From an uncultured Methanosarcinaceae archaeon (GTDB taxonomy: Archaea; Halobacteriota; Methanosarcinia; Methanosarcinales; Methanosarcinaceae): a stretch of 64,000 bases of DNA. Each line of letters opens with the position of its first letter. Positions within the stretch are counted from its first letter, which is position 1. The translations under genes were made by a program, and so were the position numbers. Positions 25,415 through 36,756 of the stretch are shown here, piece by piece. Below the pieces are notes generated by a model that was not told the DNA's origin, ran no database searches, and saw nothing but the letters and a program-made list of their open reading frames with translations. Location: NCBI GenBank assembly GCA_963847185.1, contig CAWJYV010000007.1, positions 1 to 64,000 on the forward strand, written 5' to 3'.

Positions 25415-26038
25415 TCAATCCTCAATAACAAAAAGGTATTCGGGAGGTATCTTTTCCGCAAGAACTATATCATCGGTCGCAAGCTTAAAGGCAATACCTT
25501 CTTCCTGAGCTTTCAGAGCATCGATTTGAAGAATTACCGGGCTTTCAGTATGAATAAGGGCCACTTCTACTGCTTTTTCATATGAGGTGCTCAGGTGAAC
25601 ATACCTCTGTTTTATCGGGAAAATACCATTCTCCAGCAGAACGTCTACTTCTTCGGGACTTGCCCCATAGTATACGTATGGGAAATCGCTTTCCTCATAA
25701 TCCAGATCAACATTGACTGAGTGCCCGTAACGTGCCCTGATTTTGAAATCATGAATTTCATACCTACCCTTTTCATCTGACTCCACGAGAGCATAAAGAT
25801 ACTCTTTTCTCATCCAGTTGTATCGTTTATTCATAACTTCACAGAAAGCGTTCAGATTCACCCAGCCGCACTTGTCCATTTCAACTCCTGCAGAAGCTGG
25901 AAAATGCCGGAGAGTGCCTGATACAAATCTACCAAGCTTTTCCTCCTTACCGTCATCCAGCAAGTATCTGCCAGGGCGTTTACACTGCAGACAGCTGCCT
26001 CCTCTAAAATAGCCGTGCTCAGTGCATTTTCGAATCAT
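25415..26038 (-). CDS. kptA: RNA 2'-phosphotransferase (Tpt1/KptA) with N-terminal zinc-finger-like motif
   Basis: LRH, KGRY, IRARYGHS and YVHLS motifs; CTEH...CLQC at the N-terminus; start uncertain (26068, 26041 or 26038). Confidence 0.9.
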   Translation of the reverse strand: MIRKCTEHGYFRGGSCLQCKRPGRYLLDDGKEEKLGRFVSGTLRHFPASAGVEMDKCGWVNLNAFCEVMNKRYNWMRKEYLYALVESDEKGRYEIHDFKIRARYGHSVNVDLDYEESDFPYVYYGASPEEVDVLLENGIFPIKQRYVHLSTSYEKAVEVALIHTESPVILQIDALKAQEEGIAFKLATDDIVLAEKIPPEYLFVIED

Positions 26039-26800
26039 GATATCATGTACATAATGAAACTCTACCATAAATAAGGTTTTGTTTTTACGAGCCCCATTTT
26101 TGAAACTATTTAATTATACGGAAGTTTGCTTGGGATTCAGTGGAATGGTTTATTAATCATTTTTTGTGTCGGAAATACTTTCACCCTGCATACGGTAATC
26201 TTTTGTAAGATACTCTGCATACCGTAACGCAAAATCATGTATCTTATCAAGCCGAATGTTGAAACACCAGGTTAAGAATTAATGCGTTAATTTAAAAGAA
26301 AGTATTGTCAAGAGTATCTATGGTAGCAAGTGGCAACTATCAGCAAGCAAAATGACTGTTTCGACAAGATAAAAGATACACAGTAAAAGATACACAGTAA
26401 AAGACACGCAAACTCAAAAATGTGATTTAAGAATAATTTACGTAAATACTTACTAAATAAAGTATGATTTATAATAACTCTTATACAAAATTCATTAAAG
26501 GATATATAAGGTTTGAAAACATTTAATCTGAAACTTCATCTTGCTTAGGAAACATTTAAATCGAAATTTTGCTTGGAATTTCGCTTGAAATTTCACTTGA
26601 AATTTCACTGAACTTCATCCGAAATGTTTTGAATTTCCATAACAACAGTAAATTCATTAATTGATTACTCTTATAGAGACAGTTTTTGAAACCTTGCAGT
26701 ATACAACGAATAGAGTCAGAAAATAAACCTTAGCATGTATGCCAGCAAGAATTGAGGTAAAAAAGAACTATTGAAGGTCATTACACATACAGGGGATAAC

Positions 26801-28255
26801 ATGACAGATATTGAATCGATCTATAAAAAGCTCAGCCATGTAATAAGTAAGGAAGACTTCCTGCAGCGTATCCAGGATAAAGTCGAGAATATGGGAGGGC
26901 TCTGTGATGAACCTATGGCTGCTATGCTGATCGCCAACGAGCTCGGATTTTCGGATGCAGGTAGGGACAGTGTAAAAATTGAAAATATTACAGCTGAGAG
27001 TGGGCTAGTTAATTTTGTCGCAAGGGTTATTTCTGTTTTTGATACCAAAGAATTTACCCGAAATGATGGGACTACAGGTAGAGTAGGAAACCTTATTGTC
27101 GGAGATGAAACCGGGAAAATTCGGGTTACCCTCTGGGATAATATGGCAGATCTAATAAAAGCTGAAAAAATTAAGGTCGGACAAAACCTCCAGATCAGCG
27201 GCTATGCGAAGCAGGGATATTCTGGAGTGGAAGTCAATATAGGAAACAACGGTGTCCTGACCGAAAGTGAGGAAGAGATCGACGTGGTGGCTAACAGCCA
27301 GAAAATAGAAGATATCAAAGATGGTATGGGAGACCTGAGTTTAACGGGAAAAGTCCTGGAAATTTCTGAGGTAAGAACCTTCCAACGAAAGGACGGCAAC
27401 ACAGGTAGGGTAGGAAATTTGCTGCTTGGAGATAACACCGGAACGGTTCGGGTTACCCTCTGGGATGAAAAATCTGATTTTTTGAACCAGATAGAATACG
27501 GTGACACTATAGAGCTGATCAATGCATATGCTCGGGAAAATGCCTTTACTCAGAAAGTAGAGCTCCAGATCGGAAACCGGAGTATAATAAGGAAAAGTGC
27601 GAAAAATATCGAGTACGAAGAAGTATTTACTCCAGTTGCAGATATCAAGGCTGATATGAATGACATTAATGTGTCCGGACGGGTACTGGATATTGCAGAA
27701 ATTCGGAATTTCGAAAAAAAAGACGGTTCTACTGGAAAAGTGGGAAATCTCCTACTTGGTGATTCCACTGGAAAAATAAGGCTGACACTCTGGGATGAAA
27801 AAACCGATTTTCTGAATGATATCGATTTTGACGAAACTGTGGAAGTACTTCATGCTTATTCTCGAGAAAATGCCTTCAGCCAGCAGATAGAACTGAACCT
27901 GGGATCCAGAGGAATTATTCAGAAAACCGAAAAAAAAGTAGATTACAGAGAAAAATTTACAGATATAGCTAATATCGCTCCCGGAGGAAGTTATTCAGTA
28001 CAGGGGAAAGTCTCTGAAATAGGAGAACTCAGAGAGTTTGAAAGAGAAGATGGAACTGCAAGTGTGGTTTCAAATCTTGAACTCACAGATAAAACAGGTA
28101 GTATCAGACTCACTCTTTGGGGAGAGCAAGCTTATGTGATAGAGGATCTTGATATCGACTCCGAAATCCAGATCATTGACGCTTATGCTAAACAAGGTCT
28201 GAATGAAGAAACTGAGCTGAGTATTGGAAATCGAAGTAGAGTGATTATACTTTAA
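26801..28255 (+). CDS. rpa: replication protein A (four OB folds)
   Basis: Four repeats of GD.TG.IR.TLWD; ATG 26801 follows an AGGGG SD. Confidence 0.9.
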   Translation: MTDIESIYKKLSHVISKEDFLQRIQDKVENMGGLCDEPMAAMLIANELGFSDAGRDSVKIENITAESGLVNFVARVISVFDTKEFTRNDGTTGRVGNLIVGDETGKIRVTLWDNMADLIKAEKIKVGQNLQISGYAKQGYSGVEVNIGNNGVLTESEEEIDVVANSQKIEDIKDGMGDLSLTGKVLEISEVRTFQRKDGNTGRVGNLLLGDNTGTVRVTLWDEKSDFLNQIEYGDTIELINAYARENAFTQKVELQIGNRSIIRKSAKNIEYEEVFTPVADIKADMNDINVSGRVLDIAEIRNFEKKDGSTGKVGNLLLGDSTGKIRLTLWDEKTDFLNDIDFDETVEVLHAYSRENAFSQQIELNLGSRGIIQKTEKKVDYREKFTDIANIAPGGSYSVQGKVSEIGELREFEREDGTASVVSNLELTDKTGSIRLTLWGEQAYVIEDLDIDSEIQIIDAYAKQGLNEETELSIGNRSRVIIL

Positions 28256-28555
28256 TCATTCTTTCTTATATCCTGATTGTTCCATAATCTCATCGTTCCT
28301 TATACCCAATTCACTTCATTCTCTAATTACTTCCTTTTTCCTCTGATATGTTCTTACGCTTATCATTTCTGCTCTAACTTTTAGCATTTTTTGCTTATTT
28401 TCACCAACATAAACTTACGGATCTTTTCGGCTTCATCTTTTTTTTGGATTTTTCTATTTTTCTAGCACCTGTTTTTTAATTATGGTTTCTTGTAAATAAG
28501 AAGTATTAATAATTTCAAATGTATAATTTTTTACTATAAAAACTTATAAAGTAAA

Positions 28556-28591
28556 TTCCAGTGGAAATAAGGGGGTCTGAAAAATTTCCTG
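28556..28591 (+). promoter_or_regulatory. ORB-like box, copy 1 of a direct repeat
   Basis: TTCCAGTGGAAATAAGGGGGT followed by CTGAAAAATTTCCTG. Confidence 0.75.
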
Positions 28592-28733
28592 TCAGAGAAA
28601 TCAATAGCATTAGAAATATAATATTAATTTTTTGTAAATAGTATGAACCTCTTTTTTAAAATATACTTCTCTTCTGTACTTCTTCCTAATATTTTTTTCA
28701 AAAGATCATATATTTTTCATTCTCATGATAAAT

Positions 28734-28770
28734 CTCCAGTGGAAACGAGGGGGTTATGAAAAATTTCCTG
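28734..28770 (+). promoter_or_regulatory. ORB-like box, copy 2 of a direct repeat
   Basis: CTCCAGTGGAAACGAGGGGGT followed by TATGAAAAATTTCCTG. Confidence 0.75.
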
Positions 28771-29152
28771 GCAAATATTTGTAAATTTACTCGGAAAACA
28801 AGGAATTGAGACTTCAAAAAATGCACGTTTGACTCAATAAGGACCTTTCGCCTCTGCAAAAAAAACAAATCCCGTTATCATTATGTACCATTGACTCGTA
28901 TATTATTAGTGTCATAAAAACGTCCGAAAAGTGTTGGGAAAATAGCTTAGAGGGAGCGGACGAAAGAACACATCTGAAAACAAGCTTCTCACCGGAATTC
29001 AAGCTTTAGAATCTATATATGGCAGATCTTGAATCAAAAGAGAAAACTAAAGCGATCTGGAGTTTTTCCAAAGGAAACTTGGAGCTTGAAGAAATTCTAC
29101 ATTGTGAATTGATGGGTTCCAAAATGCTGAAGGTAAAGGGGGACAGCAGTCA

Positions 29153-29788
29153 ATGGCAGATGGCCCTGAAGGGGATGCAGGTACTGGAATTCACAGCGAA
29201 GAGATTGAGAGAGAGGTCTCGGTTGCTGAAGTTATGAATAAAGCAGTCATAGTAATGGATATCAACTCGGATATTCCTGCTATTGCAAGGGAAATGGTCA
29301 GTCGTGACGCAGGAAGCGTTATTATCACAGAGAACGACAAGGCTATGGGAATCATAACCGAAAGAGATCTTGTGAAGGGTATCGTTACAGAGGACAAAAG
29401 GCCAAGTGAAGTGAAGGCAAGTGAAATCCTCTCAAGCCCACTGATAACCGTAGAGCCTGAAATAAGTATAGTAGAAGCTTCCGAAATCCTGCTAAAGGCG
29501 AATATTAAAAGGTTGCCAGTCCTGGAAAATGGAGTGATATTAGGAGTTGTTTCAAACACTGACATCCTGATGGTAACACCCGGGCTTAATACTATTCTAA
29601 AGGATCTTATCGACATGAATAGGGAGGCTCTCTTCTCCACTCCCTCAATTGAAGAGGTCTCAGAGACAGAGGATTTCCAAACGGGCATGTGTGAATCCTG
29701 CAATGTTTTTTCATATGACCTTAGATTCGTGGATGGAAGGTACTTATGCGGAAACTGTCGGCAAGAAGAAGGGGAAGATTACGAGTGA
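29153..29788 (+). CDS. CBS-pair protein with C-terminal zinc-ribbon-like motif
   Basis: GIITERDL and IKRLPV CBS motifs; CESC...CGNC; AGGGGG SD. Confidence 0.9.
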   Translation: MADGPEGDAGTGIHSEEIEREVSVAEVMNKAVIVMDINSDIPAIAREMVSRDAGSVIITENDKAMGIITERDLVKGIVTEDKRPSEVKASEILSSPLITVEPEISIVEASEILLKANIKRLPVLENGVILGVVSNTDILMVTPGLNTILKDLIDMNREALFSTPSIEEVSETEDFQTGMCESCNVFSYDLRFVDGRYLCGNCRQEEGEDYE

Positions 29789-29848
29789 ATTAAAGTTTAG
29801 ATCTCGATTTCAAATCTTCTGTTTAAAGATAACACAGAGAGGTAAACA

Positions 29849-30664
29849 ATGAATGTTAGTGAGATTATGTCAGAAGAGCCTGTCAGTATCAAAGGACAGG
29901 ATTTCGTAACTCACGCCCGTCAGCTGATGCGTGATTACTTTCTTCGAAGCCTTGTTGTTATTGACGAAGAGAACAGGCTTGTGGGAATGCTGAGTGACCA
30001 GGATGTCTTGAGGGTTACATCTACACGCTCAAATGTTACAGTAGGCGGGTATGCAAGGCAGTCCCCTACAGTTACTCCAGATATGGATATCGTAAAGGCT
30101 GCAAAATTAATGGTGCAATCGAAACAGGATAGAGTTCCAGTTGTTAAATCAACTTCGGACCATACAGTTGTTGGAATCCTGAGTAATGTAGATATTCTCA
30201 GAAACGTGAAAGTTCCGAAAAATGTTCCCAAAACACTACAAGAAGTGATGACAAAAAAAGTCAAAACTTGCTCGCCAGAAGATAAAGTTGGCACAGTCTG
30301 GGGGCATATGCTCGAGACAGATTACACAGGCATTCCTGTAGTTTCAAAGAAAGACGAACCTATTGGAATGATAACAAGAAGGGACATAATCAAATCAGGT
30401 GCTGTGCGAATTGAAGTAGAAGACGAAAGACCAACAAGGCCTAATGACAGTCCAAAAGTTGAGAAGATAATGTCAACTCCTACATATACACTTTTAGAAA
30501 CTGATTCCATTCAAAGTGCAATTGAGATAATTATCCAATATGATGTTGGAAGAGTTACCATAGTAAATGAAAAGGACAAAGTATCTGGAATTGTCGATAG
30601 ACAGGATCTTCTGGAAGCTATTGCCAGTGTATGGCCTGAGAAGCCTTTCGAAAATCGCTTTTGA
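29849..30664 (+). CDS. four-CBS-domain protein
   Basis: [27 protein letters not shown] and GIVDRQDL; GAGGT SD. Confidence 0.9.
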   Translation: MNVSEIMSEEPVSIKGQDFVTHARQLMRDYFLRSLVVIDEENRLVGMLSDQDVLRVTSTRSNVTVGGYARQSPTVTPDMDIVKAAKLMVQSKQDRVPVVKSTSDHTVVGILSNVDILRNVKVPKNVPKTLQEVMTKKVKTCSPEDKVGTVWGHMLETDYTGIPVVSKKDEPIGMITRRDIIKSGAVRIEVEDERPTRPNDSPKVEKIMSTPTYTLLETDSIQSAIEIIIQYDVGRVTIVNEKDKVSGIVDRQDLLEAIASVWPEKPFENRF

Positions 30665-31011
30665 AAAAATAAGCCAGTAGACTATAGTGAAGGAATAAAA
30701 GCTGGACAGAAGAGCTAAGAGCTGAGTAGAAGAGCTGAACAGCAAATTAATATGGAAACTAAGTAGGCCAATTTTCATGCAAAAACATTAAAACATTATA
30801 ACATCAAATATTATCATTGATAATAATTATAGATTTGAAAATGAAGAAAACCTTTCGGAAAGATTCGGGATAAATTGCTTTCAGGTTTTGTTTTTTCCAG
30901 GAGCAAATCTGGGTCTGCGGTGGAATAAACTGCGGGCTCCAGGGCAATTTCTGCAAGCAGCAGGAAAAGGAAAACGGCATGTGAAAAAAAGCAATTAACT
31001 GCAACTCGAAT

Positions 31012-32007
31012 TTGGTGATCCTATTGAACAAAGATACGACATTTTCATCAGTCGATAAGATGAAAGTTCAGCCAGGCGTGAGTAAATCCAAGAAAGCGCA
31101 ACAAAAAGATCCGCACATGATTAGCAGCATGGGCACTATGAGAATAGGTCCTGAATTTAAATCCCACATCTCAGAGCACGAAGGAAAGATTTTGGCTCTG
31201 GCAAAAAGGGATGTAATAACCCTTCCTCCTACTGCAACAATCATGGAAGCAATCAAAATTATGACTGAAAGAAGATTTAGACGTATCCCTATTACAGATG
31301 CTGGAACGCGGAGACTGGAGGGACTCGTTACCTCCACTGATATTATCGATTTTCTGGGAGGAGGGAGAAAGAATCTGCTTATTGAGAATCGGTTTAAAGG
31401 AAATCTTCTGGCTGCAATAAATGAGGAAGTACGCCAAATAATGGAAACTGACATTGCCTATCTCCACGAACAAGCAGATTTTAAAGAAGCTGTTGAAATG
31501 ATGCTTGAAAGAAGGACAGGAGGCCTGCCAATCGTAAACGACGATATGCAGGTAGTTGCAATCTTTACCGAAAGGAATGCAGTAGAACTTATGGGCGGGC
31601 TCGTGACAAGAAAAACAGTTGATGAATACATGACCAAGAAAGTTAAGATGGTATCAACTGATACGCCCATTGGACACGCGGCAAAATTAATGGTAGAAAA
31701 TAGATTCAGAAGACTTCCTGTAGTTAAGGATGGGATCTTTGCTGGAATAGTTACCGCTTCTGACATTGTCCATTTCCTCGGAAAAGGAGATGCTTTCAGT
31801 AAATTAACAACTGGAAACGTTCATGAGGCTTTTGATCAGCCTGTAGGTTCTATTATCTCAAAAGAACTAATATGGACCAGTCCTGGCACAGATATGGGAA
31901 AAGCTATGGAAACCATGCTCGAAAATAAGATAGGTTCGCTTCCAGTTTTGGAAGGAGGATTACTGCGTGGTATCATCACAGAGAGTGATTTCCTGAGAGC
32001 CTTTTAA
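31012..32007 (+). CDS. four-CBS-domain protein
   Basis: [20 protein letters not shown] and GIITESDF; true start may be TTG 31024 after GGTGA. Confidence 0.9.
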   Translation: MVILLNKDTTFSSVDKMKVQPGVSKSKKAQQKDPHMISSMGTMRIGPEFKSHISEHEGKILALAKRDVITLPPTATIMEAIKIMTERRFRRIPITDAGTRRLEGLVTSTDIIDFLGGGRKNLLIENRFKGNLLAAINEEVRQIMETDIAYLHEQADFKEAVEMMLERRTGGLPIVNDDMQVVAIFTERNAVELMGGLVTRKTVDEYMTKKVKMVSTDTPIGHAAKLMVENRFRRLPVVKDGIFAGIVTASDIVHFLGKGDAFSKLTTGNVHEAFDQPVGSIISKELIWTSPGTDMGKAMETMLENKIGSLPVLEGGLLRGIITESDFLRAF

Positions 32008-32345
32008 TTAATTCCACGAATACCCTATGATCTAAGCTGAAAAGTTTAACCGGAGAAAGACTAAACGCAAAAAATATCTTACTTTAATTTTTCGGCATTT
32101 TTGAAGAGGAGAACAACTTCTAGCTGGTAGGCTAAGAAACAGCTTTTGTATTCAGTGCATTAAATATTATTAGAATGTAACAGATACCAAATACAAGCTT
32201 CCTTAAAAGGATCTGAATTTTATCAAAAAAAGAGAATATGATCTCAAAAAATTTAATATCTACAGCTAAAAATTGTGAAGTCTCATCCGATTCAAAAACT
32301 ATAATTATTGATACTTATATATTGTAAAAATGAAGGAGGTATTTC

Positions 32346-33191
32346 ATGAAAGTGGCGGACATCATGAGTTCACCTGTGTATGTCATGAACACAGATGAGC
32401 CCGTGTCACATGCAAGAAATCTGATGTTAAGGCACAAAATCAGTACGTTGCTTGTCCTCAACGAGGGCAAGATGGTGGGAATCGTCACTAAATCAGATAT
32501 CAGCAACCGTCTGGCTCAGGCCGAACCTCTCTGGAGGAGACGCCCAATAGACCAGATTCCTATAAAGTTGCTGATGACAGAATCAATAATATCTATCTAT
32601 CCCGAAGCTTCTGTTTCCCAAGCAGTTGCCTTAATGCTTGAGAACAGAGTGCATAATATTCCGGTGGTAAAGAATGGAATTGTGGGCATTGTCACCATAA
32701 CAGATATCGTGCGCCATATTGCGGAAAATACCGAAGAAATTAAAACAAAAATCCCCAGATTAATGACTGAGGATATTGTTTCTGTTCACAGGCATCACAC
32801 TATCAATCATGTTGTAGATGAGATGAACAGAAATGAGATTGAGAGGGTGATCGTTAAAGACGATGCTGGAAAGCCTGTCGGGATAATTTCCAGGAAAAGT
32901 CTTGCCTTAAATCTCTTAACTGACATTCAAGGCGACCTTTCTACAAAAAATATCAAGATGGCCCGTAGATCTTCCCCTGCAGGCCAAAAAACCTACAGAT
33001 ACGTAAAAGAGGTGCCTGTAACAGCAGAAGACATAATGGTTTCACCGATAGTTTCCATTGATGTAAATGAATACGTCAGTACAGCTGCAAAAAAAATGAT
33101 TGAGGAAGGAGTAACTGCCCTGCCTGTCAGTGATGGAGAGGATATAGTAGGCATACTAAGCAGAACCGACATCATGAAAGCTATCCTCTGA
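32346..33191 (+). CDS. four-CBS-domain protein
   Basis: [18 protein letters not shown] and VGILSRTDI; AGGAGG SD. Confidence 0.9.
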   Translation: MKVADIMSSPVYVMNTDEPVSHARNLMLRHKISTLLVLNEGKMVGIVTKSDISNRLAQAEPLWRRRPIDQIPIKLLMTESIISIYPEASVSQAVALMLENRVHNIPVVKNGIVGIVTITDIVRHIAENTEEIKTKIPRLMTEDIVSVHRHHTINHVVDEMNRNEIERVIVKDDAGKPVGIISRKSLALNLLTDIQGDLSTKNIKMARRSSPAGQKTYRYVKEVPVTAEDIMVSPIVSIDVNEYVSTAAKKMIEEGVTALPVSDGEDIVGILSRTDIMKAIL

Positions 33192-33294
33192 AACATCAGT
33201 ATGGAGGTATATACGGCAAAAGAGAAATAGCGATCAGTAAAGATAGCTGGAATCAAAGACGGATGCAAAGTAAACTGGAAAAACAGATGAATAG

Positions 33295-34137
<843 letters not shown>

Positions 34138-34209
34138 GTTAAACTCTTAAAGAAAAAGAATCAGAGAACTGAATAATCAAAACATTGAACAAGAGACGAG
34201 TTAAAAATT

Positions 34210-34240
34210 ACCTGTCCTCTAGAAGGACAGGTTTTTCTTA
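34210..34240 (+). terminator. hairpin plus T-run between convergent genes
   Basis: ACCTGTCCT-CTAGA-AGGACAGGT, a 9-bp perfect stem followed by TTTTCTT. Confidence 0.55.
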
Positions 34241-34342
34241 TTTTCTGAGAATCCAAGCTTTTGAACTTTTTAAGTTCTCAGCATTGATCTATTTAGGAGT
34301 TATCTGCTTCTGTATTGTATTTTTTGTTAGTTGGTCTCTTTC

Positions 34343-35131
34343 TTAGAATGATTTGTCTCCTCCAATCAGACCTCCAAGGACGCCGCTTCCTCCAATACCG
34401 TTGCGTTCATCCCGGCGGCTGTAGGTGGCAGCTGCAAAGATCCTATCAGCAAGGCGAGAGAAAGGCAGGCTCTGCATATAAACAGTACCCGGACCTGTGA
34501 GGGTTGCGAGGACAACTCCTTCCCCACCGAAGAGAGCGTTCTTGAAGTCCTTCGACCAGGTTATATCATAGGTTACTGATTCAGTAAAAGCTGCCACGCA
34601 ACCAGTGTCTATATGGTAAGTCTCACCTGGAGCCAGATCTTTTTTTATCACTGTACCTCCGATATGAACGAATGCCATGCCGTCGCCTTTCAATCTCTGA
34701 AGGATAAAACCTTCACCTCCGAAAAGCCCTGCTCCGAGCTTTTTGGTAAAAGCTACTTCCACTTCTACTCCTCGGGCAGCACAGAGAAAAGCATCTTTCT
34801 GGCAGAGGATACTACCTCCAAATTTACTAAGGTCAAGGGGAAGAATTTTTCCAGGGTAAGGTGCCGCAAAAGCCACATGTCCTTTTCCTGAACCTTTATG
34901 AATAAAACTTGTAATAAAGAAACTCTCCCCAGTCAGGGCTCTTTTCAATCCTTTTTTCAGACCTCCAAGAAGCCCGCCACCTTCACTACCCATGCTTGTC
35001 TGCATCTGGATTCCGGGCCCCATATAAGCCATAGCCCCAGCTTCTGCCTGAACGGCCTCACCTGGATCAAGCTCAACTTCGACGATTTGCATATCGTCTC
35101 CAATAATCTCGTAGTCAATTTCATCTGCCAT
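34343..35131 (-). CDS. TIGR00266 / AIM24 family protein
   Basis: AEAGAM, GESFF, CQKDAFLCA and FGGEGFILQRL motifs. Confidence 0.9.
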   Translation of the reverse strand: MADEIDYEIIGDDMQIVEVELDPGEAVQAEAGAMAYMGPGIQMQTSMGSEGGGLLGGLKKGLKRALTGESFFITSFIHKGSGKGHVAFAAPYPGKILPLDLSKFGGSILCQKDAFLCAARGVEVEVAFTKKLGAGLFGGEGFILQRLKGDGMAFVHIGGTVIKKDLAPGETYHIDTGCVAAFTESVTYDITWSKDFKNALFGGEGVVLATLTGPGTVYMQSLPFSRLADRIFAAATYSRRDERNGIGGSGVLGGLIGGDKSF

Positions 35132-35326
35132 CGTGAAATCTCCAACATTTTTGGAAATCTAGATCAATTAAAGATTAGAAGCTGAATACTTAAAAAGATT
35201 TTTAATGAATTATACCGTTTCTTAACTCCTTCCTGGTTTCTTAAATACATTTCCTAAAAAACTGATAATTCTGAATCCGGCCTTGGAATGATAACATATT
35301 TTATGTCCAGAAACAGATAAATAAAT

Positions 35327-36499
35327 ATGAGTAAAGAGGGGAAAGAGGAAACAGATTCTGAATCTGTAACTAAACTTGCCGATTATCTTGGCTTTGATAG
35401 GCAAAGAATTCAGCACCTTTTTGAGAAAAATTACCTTGCCCGCAACTGGGGAAAGTTCGAGCATATAATCCGTTTTGACAAGGAAATTTCCCATATCGAA
35501 CATGGGACTGTGCTTTACGAGAAAGGCAATTCTTTTGAACTAATTATGGGCTTCCCAAAGATTCGGAGAGCAGTGGTACTGTATCCAACCCTTAAAAAGC
35601 ACTTCGACGGCCTCAGTAAACTGGTAGTAGAAGAAAAAATGAACGGATATAATGTTAGGGTAGCAGACATTAATGGAAAAATCCTTGCAATTACCCGGAG
35701 TGGGTATATCTGTCCCTATACAACCGAAAGGGCGAATGTGAAACTGAATCTCAAGTTTTTTGAGGACTTCCCTGAACTTGTACTCTATGGGGAAATGGTA
35801 GGCCCTGACAATCCGTATGTTCCTAAATCAATCTATGATATTGATTCCGTAGAGTTTTATATCTTCGATGTCCGTGAAAAGAATACAGGAAAACCTCTTT
35901 CAACGGCCCGAAGAAGGGAAATAATGGAAAAATACGGTTTTTTGCAGGTGAAGTCCTTCGGAGAAATTCCCCTGGAAATAACCCCTGAAAAAATTGCAGA
36001 TATCATCCGGAAACTGGGGAAAATCGAGCATGAAGGCGTGGTTATCAAAGACCCCGAAATGAATCTAACCCCTCTAAAATATACCTCATCTCAGAGCAAC
36101 TGCTCGGATCTTAGGCACGCTTTCAAGTTCTATAATGAAGCCGGGAGAGACTATATGCTCTCACGAATCGTCAGGGAAGGTTTCCAGACAGTTGAATGGA
36201 ACGAGGATGAGACTGAGTTCAAAAAACGTTGTATGCAATTAGGGGAAAGCATCCTGAACCCTCTAAGGGAGTCTGTCAGGAGTGTAAAGAACGGCCAGAG
36301 ACTTTATGAAAAGGTTCGGATTCGGGTAAGAGATCTAAAAACTGCCTCAGATTTCGAGGACTACTTGAAAAGGCTTGGGATAGATGCAGTTTTTGAAGAG
36401 CCGCAACCTGCAGGAAACGAGTACACGGTCAACATTAAAAAAATAAATAAAAGCACCCATGATAAAACCCAGGCACTCTTGGAAGGAGAACTCTGGTAA
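35327..36499 (+). CDS. ATP-dependent RNA ligase (Pab1020/Rnl3 family)
   Basis: Nucleotidyltransferase motif I EEKMNGYNVR, plus GEMVGPDNPY, EGVVIKD and LKYT. Confidence 0.9.
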   Translation: MSKEGKEETDSESVTKLADYLGFDRQRIQHLFEKNYLARNWGKFEHIIRFDKEISHIEHGTVLYEKGNSFELIMGFPKIRRAVVLYPTLKKHFDGLSKLVVEEKMNGYNVRVADINGKILAITRSGYICPYTTERANVKLNLKFFEDFPELVLYGEMVGPDNPYVPKSIYDIDSVEFYIFDVREKNTGKPLSTARRREIMEKYGFLQVKSFGEIPLEITPEKIADIIRKLGKIEHEGVVIKDPEMNLTPLKYTSSQSNCSDLRHAFKFYNEAGRDYMLSRIVREGFQTVEWNEDETEFKKRCMQLGESILNPLRESVRSVKNGQRLYEKVRIRVRDLKTASDFEDYLKRLGIDAVFEEPQPAGNEYTVNIKKINKSTHDKTQALLEGELW

Positions 36500-36756
36500 C
36501 GGTTTTTGTACTCATATGAGCTAGTTTAATCTTTTTTTGTGAGTTTCCATGAGATGATATCTATGAGGATAGTATCTTTTAACGGGAACTTTAGTGCTTT
36601 AGTCTGTTATTGAAAACATTGCAAAAAGAAATATATTGCAGTATATTAAATACCAGTGGCGTATTGCGGTATATTGATATCACTAGCATATTGCTTACAT
36701 TAATAACAATCGCATAGAAGTAGCTACCCGATACTGATCCAGAAAAGGGATTCATC

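Noticed and set aside
27763-27774. ORB core TTCCACTGGAAA inside rpa, and similar cores in cdc6 (about 41066) and rtcA (about 25055)
   Set aside because: No G-string, and explained by ordinary codons such as STGK. These show that core-only matches arise by chance.
29019-29237. 72 aa ORF overlapping the first CBS gene
   Set aside because: No motifs or SD, and it overlaps a well-supported gene by 85 nt.
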